A DNA stretch of 64,000 nt, taken from NCBI GenBank assembly GCA_944345545.1, contig CALVMK010000062.1:4538-68537 (forward strand). Direction: 5' to 3'. Shown piece after piece: positions 35,505 through 41,847 of this stretch. The notes below the pieces were generated by a model that searched no databases, was not told the origin of the DNA, and worked only from the letters and a program-made list of their open reading frames with translations. Source of the DNA: an uncultured Clostridia bacterium (GTDB lineage Bacteria > Bacillota > Clostridia > Christensenellales > UBA1242). The position numbers and the translations under genes were made by a program. The first letter of the stretch is position 1, and every line of letters starts with the position of its first letter.

Positions 35505-36287
35505 TTAACTAGACTTTGCAATTACACTTTCATAAGGTCCAACAACTGTTTTTTCAGATATTCTGCTTTCACTAATATATGAACATTTGATAATACATTC
35601 ATCTGAAATGATACTATTATCAATAACACTACCAAATTCTATTTTGCAGTTTTTGCCAATAAAACTAGCCCCTTTTATATAAGTATTTGGTTCAATAATA
35701 GTGCCTTTTTCAATCATTACATCTGCATCTATAAAAGTAGAATTAATATCATTAATTTGAACACCATTAGATAAATGAAAGTTCAAAATTCTGTTTTTTA
35801 ATATTCTGCTCACTTTTGCAAGGTCAAAATAATTTTCAACAACGGTGAAATCATCTGTTCCAAAATCTTCTTGCACAAGAGCCCTAATACTATCCGCATT
35901 TCTTATATAATCAGTATTAAAAACATATCCACGTCTTAATGGCAAAACATTCAAATCTCGCTGACGAACATAAGTCATTATATCGTTTAAAGTTTGTCTT
36001 TTAAAAAGCGGAGTGTCTGAATATAAAACTACAGTATATTTGCTATTTGTGAGAAGCGGTTTAACTAAATTAAGCACATCTGATTCTGGAGTGCATGTAA
36101 TAGTTTTAACTAAATAACCATCACAAGCAAGAGCCACCCACTCCCACATTTTTTTACCCCAAATTTTCAAGTCATAAGATTTCATAAACTCGCCAAACTT
36201 TTTTTCTAACATAATGATAACTGAAATTTCATTATCAACAATTTTAGTTTCTTTTTCTAAAACCGCCAATGTTTCTATAACAGCCAT
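35505..36287 (-). CDS. Truncated, degenerate GlmU-like protein (nucleotidyltransferase fold plus a short left-handed beta-helix)
   Basis: 260 aa, versus about 450 for GlmU. VVLYSDTPLF aligns with GlmU (V/I)CGDTPL. The GlmU LAAGKGTRM signature position reads IMLEKKFGEFM. The hexapeptide-repeat tail stops after about 70 aa. Occupies the glmU position upstream of pth-mfd. Confidence 0.5.
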   Translation of the reverse strand: MAVIETLAVLEKETKIVDNEISVIIMLEKKFGEFMKSYDLKIWGKKMWEWVALACDGYLVKTITCTPESDVLNLVKPLLTNSKYTVVLYSDTPLFKRQTLNDIMTYVRQRDLNVLPLRRGYVFNTDYIRNADSIRALVQEDFGTDDFTVVENYFDLAKVSRILKNRILNFHLSNGVQINDINSTFIDADVMIEKGTIIEPNTYIKGASFIGKNCKIEFGSVIDNSIISDECIIKCSYISESRISEKTVVGPYESVIAKSS

Positions 36288-36299
36288 AAATTCACCTCT

Positions 36300-37583
36300 T
36301 TATCTATTATATCTTTTAACATCTTTTTTTGCAAGTTTTAAAGCATCTTCATAAGTTCTGCCACCTTTAACATACAAAGCAACATAACTTAAAAGGTTAA
36401 TTTTTTTACGAGTAAGCTTATTTCTATAATAATTTTTCCAATATGTCCAATATTCCTTAGCACCTTTTTTATCATAAATATCTAAAGCAACCTCAACCAT
36501 TTTTAAATGTGCTTTTTGTTTTCTAGAAATTTTAACATTTTCAGGATATTGCCATAAGAAATCTTTAACATCATTTTTATTCTCGGGGGCAGTTATATCG
36601 TAATAATATATCTTATCAAAATCTCTCATTTCATATCCAACGTTAGACTTTATAGACTCGATGTCATCATATTTCATAAGTCCCATAACAACTTTTCTTT
36701 CTGTCATTAAAGCACTCACTTGCTCCAAAAGGCTTAACATTTGCATAAAAATTAAAATTGTTAACGGAGCAACAACTAAAACAATCATTCCAATTCCACT
36801 TGCACAAAATCTAAAAATTGATCGCACCCATAAAGGAGTGTTAACATATTTCCCTACAACTAAATCTTCCCTAATAAGATAGCTATCGACAGAACTGTTG
36901 CTATCTCCTTGCGTTTGAAAAAATCGAGTACCAGATTCATCTACATAAACTCCAACAACTCTATGAAAGTAAATTTTAGTATATTCCGTAATCAAATCAT
37001 CTTTATCTTTTCTATTTGGAATAGTTTCAAGCGTTGGTTCTGGAATATTATTAAAGTCATTAATTAAAGTTTTTTTAGTGTAGTTATCAGCATTATCTCT
37101 AACATAATAGAAAGCAATTATATCCCCTTCATAACTAGAAGTTTTAGGACGCAAATTGTCTGTGTTAATGCTGTTTATAATAACAATATCTCCAATTTCA
37201 AAACCGCCAGCAATCATACTTCCGCTTTGAATTGCAACAAAAGACACCCCAAAAGCACTTTTAACTTCGTTTTTTCTTTGATTAGAATACAAAATGAAAC
37301 TTGAAAATAGAGCAATTACAATAACAGGAATAATTATGCAATCCGAAATAAAACCAAGAATTGAATAAAACGTTCTTTGTTTTCTTTTTGGTTGCTTATT
37401 TTGGTTTTCTTGGTGGCCTGTTGTTTGATTTTTGCTCGTTAAGGTTTGTTGGCTTGTTTGTTCCAGTGTTTTTTGACTGTTGGTCTTTGAACTTACCATC
37501 GAGTTGAGCATTGTTTTTTGAGTCTTGTTTTTTGTTTGACTCTGGTTTTTCAAATTTTCCAACTGACTTTGTTTCTTGTCCAA
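36300..37583 (-). CDS. SipW-type (ER/archaeal-type S26B) signal peptidase paralog 2 with a C-terminal cytoplasmic extension
   Basis: The pattern TM - QSGSMIAGGFEIGD - GDIIAF - FHRVVG - TQGDSN - TM matches B. subtilis SipW (SGSMEP, GDVITF, THRIV, TKGDNN). TTG start at 37583 sits 6 nt after AAGGAG (37595-37590). Confidence 0.65.
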   Translation of the reverse strand: MDKKQSQLENLKNQSQTKNKTQKTMLNSMVSSKTNSQKTLEQTSQQTLTSKNQTTGHQENQNKQPKRKQRTFYSILGFISDCIIIPVIVIALFSSFILYSNQRKNEVKSAFGVSFVAIQSGSMIAGGFEIGDIVIINSINTDNLRPKTSSYEGDIIAFYYVRDNADNYTKKTLINDFNNIPEPTLETIPNRKDKDDLITEYTKIYFHRVVGVYVDESGTRFFQTQGDSNSSVDSYLIREDLVVGKYVNTPLWVRSIFRFCASGIGMIVLVVAPLTILIFMQMLSLLEQVSALMTERKVVMGLMKYDDIESIKSNVGYEMRDFDKIYYYDITAPENKNDVKDFLWQYPENVKISRKQKAHLKMVEVALDIYDKKGAKEYWTYWKNYYRNKLTRKKINLLSYVALYVKGGRTYEDALKLAKKDVKRYNR

Positions 37584-38694
37584 TTTTTACTCCTTGTTTT
37601 AGATTATTTGTTTTATCGTCATTTTGCTTAATACTATCTTTTAATCTCCATTCTTCTCTATAAATACTAAGCTTTTGTAAATTTTTCTTCCCTTTTAGCT
37701 CTCTTTCCCATAAATCAAAATATTTATCAGGGCTAACTTTAAACGCCTCTATAGTTCTTTTTACAAAATGGTATTTTTGAACATCTTTTTTATTTCCGTT
37801 TTCTAAATATTTCCATAAAAAGTCTTCCACACCTTGTTTGTCTTCTTCACTAGCTAAAGCATAAAACCGCACTTTTTCCACTTCATTCATTTCAATTCCA
37901 ACATTAGCCTTTATAGACTCAGGTGCATTATATTTTATCCTTCCTTTTATAACATTTTTTTCAATCATCATGTTATTAGTTTGTTCAATTAAACTAAAAC
38001 ATTGAAAAAGAATTAAAATCCCTAGTGGCATAACAACAAGAACAATCATACCAATTTGAGAAGCACAAAATCTAAAAGTAGCTCTAAGCCAATTTGGAGT
38101 GTATGAATATTTTCCAATAACATAATCAGCTCTAACCTTAATTATATCAGTGTTAACATTTCCAGTTCCTTTTGTAACCAAAAATAATGTCCCATCATCA
38201 TCTACGTATCTACCAACAACTTCATGAAAAACAATTTTTGTGTTATCAGGAAGTTTATCAACATTAATTCTATCTTCTGCACCAGACACCGTTAAATTGT
38301 TAGAATCTGGAGCTTGCAACACAACATCATTTTCAACTTTATTTAAAGAAATTTTTTTATCTGCAGGGTCAGCATAAGAATAAAAAGCAATAACATCACC
38401 AAGTTCATCAGTTATATCATCAGGAGTTCCCACTTTTAAAGAATAGGGGTCTGTTTTAGTTAAAAAAAGCACATCTCCTTTTAAAAATCCACTAGGAACC
38501 ATACTTTCAGAAGCTACGAAAACTAAAGATAAGCCAAAAATGCTTGGAAGAGCATTTTGACTTCTAGACACGAACATAGCTGAACTAGAAATAAGAGCAA
38601 TCAAAATAACAGGGATAATAATAATATCCCCAATTATACCTAAAACTTGATACAAGGTTTTATGTTTTTTAACTTTAGCATTAGAATTATTCAC
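37396..38694 (-). CDS. SipW-type signal peptidase paralog 1 with a C-terminal cytoplasmic extension
   Basis: TM - ASESMVPSGFLKGD - GDVIAF - FHEVVG - TKGTGN - TM, followed by about 190 aa including a Lys/Gln/Asn-rich tail. GTG start at 38694. Confidence 0.6.
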   Translation of the reverse strand: MNNSNAKVKKHKTLYQVLGIIGDIIIIPVILIALISSSAMFVSRSQNALPSIFGLSLVFVASESMVPSGFLKGDVLFLTKTDPYSLKVGTPDDITDELGDVIAFYSYADPADKKISLNKVENDVVLQAPDSNNLTVSGAEDRINVDKLPDNTKIVFHEVVGRYVDDDGTLFLVTKGTGNVNTDIIKVRADYVIGKYSYTPNWLRATFRFCASQIGMIVLVVMPLGILILFQCFSLIEQTNNMMIEKNVIKGRIKYNAPESIKANVGIEMNEVEKVRFYALASEEDKQGVEDFLWKYLENGNKKDVQKYHFVKRTIEAFKVSPDKYFDLWERELKGKKNLQKLSIYREEWRLKDSIKQNDDKTNNLKQGVKIGQETKSVGKFEKPESNKKQDSKNNAQLDGKFKDQQSKNTGTNKPTNLNEQKSNNRPPRKPK

Positions 38695-38868
38695 CTATTT
38701 AGTTTACCACCAAAAAAGCAAAAATACAAATAAAAATAAAAAATATTTAATATTTTAAATACATAACATATTTAATTGATAATCTATCAATTCGTAACCA
38801 AAAATTAAAATCAAATCATCTACTATTTTGAGTAGTTTTCCTTAATGTCATATATAGCAATAAATTTT

Positions 38869-39732
38869 TTATTTTAATTTTTTATCATTAATTTTTAACT
38901 TTGTATTTTTATATTCATCTTCATTAACATATTTGTAATATTCTACACTAGGATTTTGCTGTAGTAATTTTTCTAATTCTTTTTGTGTTCTTTCTTGCAA
39001 ATCGCTAATTTGCTCTTTAGCATTTAATTCTTTATTTGCAAACAATATTTCACCAACAACAACAGTAAGTTTTGGTTTATTTCTTAATATTTTACATTTA
39101 GGATATCGAAAAGTTATAATAAAAGGTATGATTGGGACATCATATTTAACCGCAAAAAAGAATGCTCCTCTTTTAAAAGGCCTTATCTTATTATAATATG
39201 GCCAAAAACTAGCTTCTGGAAACAAATGGATAATCTTTCCACTTTTTAAATTATTTTGCAAGCACTTATAAAAAAGAACATTGTCAGAATGTGTTTCAGC
39301 TAGCGGAATGCATCCATAAAGTTTTAATAGTCTTCTAACAAATGGAATTCTAAAATTATCTTTCAAGGTTACAACTGCAACACTTTTATGCTTAGAAAGA
39401 AAAACTGGGCAAATGCTCCAATCTAAATAGTGAACATGGTTGCAAACAGAAATAGCTCCGCCTTTTAAACCTTTTAAATTTTTTTTACCCTTAACCTTAA
39501 CACCAAGAAAAAATTTATCATAAAACCACAAAAGTGGCATGGCAAAACACTTTTGCACAAAATATCTAAAACTTCTCACGAAAAAATTAGGTTTTTTATA
39601 AATTTTTGAATAATTTATTTTTACATCAACAGTCTTAGCCACAAATATATCATCATTAAAATTTTCAGGCATGCAGACTATTTTATTTTTATCATCTATC
39701 TTGTCTTGCTTCATCTTTAATAAAGATATCAC
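38869..39732 (-). CDS. Lysophospholipid (1-acyl-sn-glycerol-3-phosphate) acyltransferase family protein
   Basis: HX4D motif (NHVHYLD) and an FPEASFW motif. The start codon is uncertain: GTG at 39732 or ATG at 39714. Confidence 0.6.
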   Translation of the reverse strand: MISLLKMKQDKIDDKNKIVCMPENFNDDIFVAKTVDVKINYSKIYKKPNFFVRSFRYFVQKCFAMPLLWFYDKFFLGVKVKGKKNLKGLKGGAISVCNHVHYLDWSICPVFLSKHKSVAVVTLKDNFRIPFVRRLLKLYGCIPLAETHSDNVLFYKCLQNNLKSGKIIHLFPEASFWPYYNKIRPFKRGAFFFAVKYDVPIIPFIITFRYPKCKILRNKPKLTVVVGEILFANKELNAKEQISDLQERTQKELEKLLQQNPSVEYYKYVNEDEYKNTKLKINDKKLK

Positions 39733-39792
39733 ATTTTTAAATGTTTCAAAACAATTTTTATATAAAATTTAATAAAAGTGTCTTTTAATGTG

Positions 39793-39821
39793 TTTACAAT
39801 TTTTTAAAAAAACATTATACT
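39793..39821 (+). promoter_or_regulatory. Promoter of alaS
   Basis: TTTACA (39793-39798), 17-nt spacer, TATACT (39816-39821). RBS AAAGGA precedes the ATG at 39852. Confidence 0.5.
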
Positions 39822-39851
39822 TATATAGTTTTTTATTAAAAGGATAAGTTT

Positions 39852-41636
39852 ATGTATACAGTCAAACAGATTAAAGACACATTTTTAAATTATTTTGAAA
39901 AAAATGGACACAAAATAATAGATGGAGCATCAATAGTTCCAGAAAACGACCCCACGCTTTTATTTATAAACGCTGGAATGGCACCAATGAAAAAAGTTTT
40001 TACTGGTGAAGAAGCCCCACAAGCAAAAAGAATGTGTAACATTCAAAATTGCATTAGAACTATAGATATTGACAGCATAGGCGATAGACATCACCTATCT
40101 AGTTTTTATATGCTAGGCTCATGGAGTATTGGCGATTATTTTAAAGAAGGTGCAATAAGTTACGCATTTGAATTGTTAACAAAAGGTTTTAGCATACCAA
40201 AAGAAAAATTGTACGTAACAGTTTTTTCTGGCGATGAAAAAAGAAAAATACCAGCGGACACAGAAAGCATTGAATTTTGGAAAAAAGTTGGAATAGCTGA
40301 TAGTCATATAATTAGATGTGGTTTTGAAGATAATTTTTGGCGTATTGGTGGCGACCATGACGCAGGTCCTTGTGGTCCTTGCACAGAAATGTTTTACGAT
40401 ACAGGTGCAAAGCACGGAGCAAGTTTAGAAGAAAGCGGAATATTTGATGATAAAAACAGATACATTGAAATTTGGAATGCTGGTGTTTTTATGGAATATT
40501 ATCAAGATGAAAATGGTAACTATTCTAAATTAAACATGAAAAGCGTCGACACTGGTTCTGGACTAGAAAGAATGTTAATGACATTAAACGGCTTAGAAAG
40601 TGCCTATGACACAGAGATATTTTTACCGATAATAGAATATCTAAAAAATAATTGTTCATCACCTATTATAGAAAGTTTAAGAATAATTGCAGACCATGTT
40701 AGAACAAGCATTTTAATTTTAAATGCAAAAGTAGAGCCTAGCAATGTTAAACGTGGATATGTTTTAAGAAGATTAATAAGACGTGCCATTAGACACATGA
40801 GAACAATTGGATTAAGCGACGATAAAATTCCTGAACTTTTAGATTTAACAATGCAAAATATGAAAAACATAGATTTAGAACCAAAATGGAATTTTTCAAA
40901 GCAAGAAATCATTGAGAAATTTATGGCTGAATTTGCTAAATTTTCAAAAACACTTGAGCAAGGATTAAAAGCCTTCAACGAATATGTAAAAGATGAAAAA
41001 AATATTGTTAACAACAAGTTAGATAGTAAAATCGCATTTAAACTATTTGATACCTACGGTTTTCCACTTGAAATTACAAAAGAACTTGCAAAAGAAAAGA
41101 ATTTAATAGTTGATGAAAAAGAATTTAATGAACTTTTTGAAAAACATAGAGAAATTTCTAAAACAGAAGGAACATTTAAAAGCGGTTTAGCTGACACTAG
41201 CGAAGAAACTATCAAACTTCACACTGCTACTCACCTTCTTCAAGCAGGTTTAAGACATGTTCTTGGCAATTATGTTAGTCAAAAAGGAAGCAATATAACT
41301 CCTGAAAGGCTTAGATTTGACTTCAATTTTGAAAGAAAAATGACTGCTGATGAATTGAAAGCAGTAGAAGATTTTGTTAACGAAGCAATAAGTAAAGAAA
41401 TTCCTGTAATACGTGAAGAAATGAAGTTAGAAGATGCAAAGAAAACTGGAGCAATCGGGCTCTTTACTGATAAATATGGTGATAACGTTTCTGTTTACAC
41501 AATTGGCAACATTAGTAAAGAACTTTGCAGTGGTCCTCATGTTTCTAACACCAAAGAGTTGGGACACTTTAAAATTTTAAAAGAAGAAAGTTCTTCAAGC
41601 GGTATTAGAAGAATAAAGGCAGTAGTAGAAAAATAA
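39852..41636 (+). CDS. alaS: Alanine--tRNA ligase, unusually short form (594 aa; catalytic and editing cores, no C-Ala domain)
   Basis: The N-terminus MYTVKQIKDTFLNYFEKNGHKII..DPTLLFINAGM and WRIGG..GPCGPCTEMFYD are class-II AlaRS catalytic motifs. HTATHLL and CSGPHV are the editing-domain zinc motifs. The ORF ends 25 aa after CSGPHV. Confidence 0.85.
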   Translation: MYTVKQIKDTFLNYFEKNGHKIIDGASIVPENDPTLLFINAGMAPMKKVFTGEEAPQAKRMCNIQNCIRTIDIDSIGDRHHLSSFYMLGSWSIGDYFKEGAISYAFELLTKGFSIPKEKLYVTVFSGDEKRKIPADTESIEFWKKVGIADSHIIRCGFEDNFWRIGGDHDAGPCGPCTEMFYDTGAKHGASLEESGIFDDKNRYIEIWNAGVFMEYYQDENGNYSKLNMKSVDTGSGLERMLMTLNGLESAYDTEIFLPIIEYLKNNCSSPIIESLRIIADHVRTSILILNAKVEPSNVKRGYVLRRLIRRAIRHMRTIGLSDDKIPELLDLTMQNMKNIDLEPKWNFSKQEIIEKFMAEFAKFSKTLEQGLKAFNEYVKDEKNIVNNKLDSKIAFKLFDTYGFPLEITKELAKEKNLIVDEKEFNELFEKHREISKTEGTFKSGLADTSEETIKLHTATHLLQAGLRHVLGNYVSQKGSNITPERLRFDFNFERKMTADELKAVEDFVNEAISKEIPVIREEMKLEDAKKTGAIGLFTDKYGDNVSVYTIGNISKELCSGPHVSNTKELGHFKILKEESSSSGIRRIKAVVEK

Positions 41637-41694
41637 ATTTTTATAATTTTAAAAATTGTATGTATTACTAAAAAGCTTTGATAGGAACGGGAAA

Positions 41695-41775
41695 GCATCG
41701 GAAGTGCTCGCTTTTAGCGAGCAGGCACCAAAATGGTGCAAAAAATTTCGCAAAGCGAAATTTTGCTTCCGATGC
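41695..41775 (+). repeat. GC-rich four-way-junction (cloverleaf-shaped) element, copy A
   Basis: Perfect pairing throughout. Outer stem: GCATCGGAAG/CTTCCGATGC. H1: GCTCGC-tttta-GCGAGC. H2: GCACCA-aaa-TGGTGC. H3: AAAATTTCGC-aaa-GCGAAATTTT. Confidence 0.75.
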
Positions 41776-41847
41776 CAAGCTCGCACAAACTTCAAATTAT
41801 TAAAAAAAATCATCACGAACAAACGATATAGCAAAAAAGGGGAAAAA

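Noticed and set aside
41695-41775. Elements A and B considered as tRNA or tRNA-like genes, because of their cloverleaf shape and 74-81 nt length.
   Set aside because: All three arm loops are only 3-5 nt. There are no D-loop GG, T-loop TTC or 7-nt anticodon loop features, no U8/A14-type invariants, and no CCA or discriminator context.
41649-41847. The track's N-terminal extension of leuS from 41656, and the 61-aa minus-strand ORF at 41649-41834.
   Set aside because: Both simply read through the GC-rich hairpin element. The conserved LeuRS N-terminus (MDFKNVEKKWQKIW) begins at ATG 41848, with its own RBS.
41637-41847. A T-box riboswitch upstream of leuS. I also looked upstream of alaS and argS.
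   Set aside because: No T-box 14-mer, no specifier-loop or K-turn arrangement, and no terminator with a U-run could be found by eye. The alaS and argS upstream regions are too short (about 30 nt or less). This still deserves a cmsearch.
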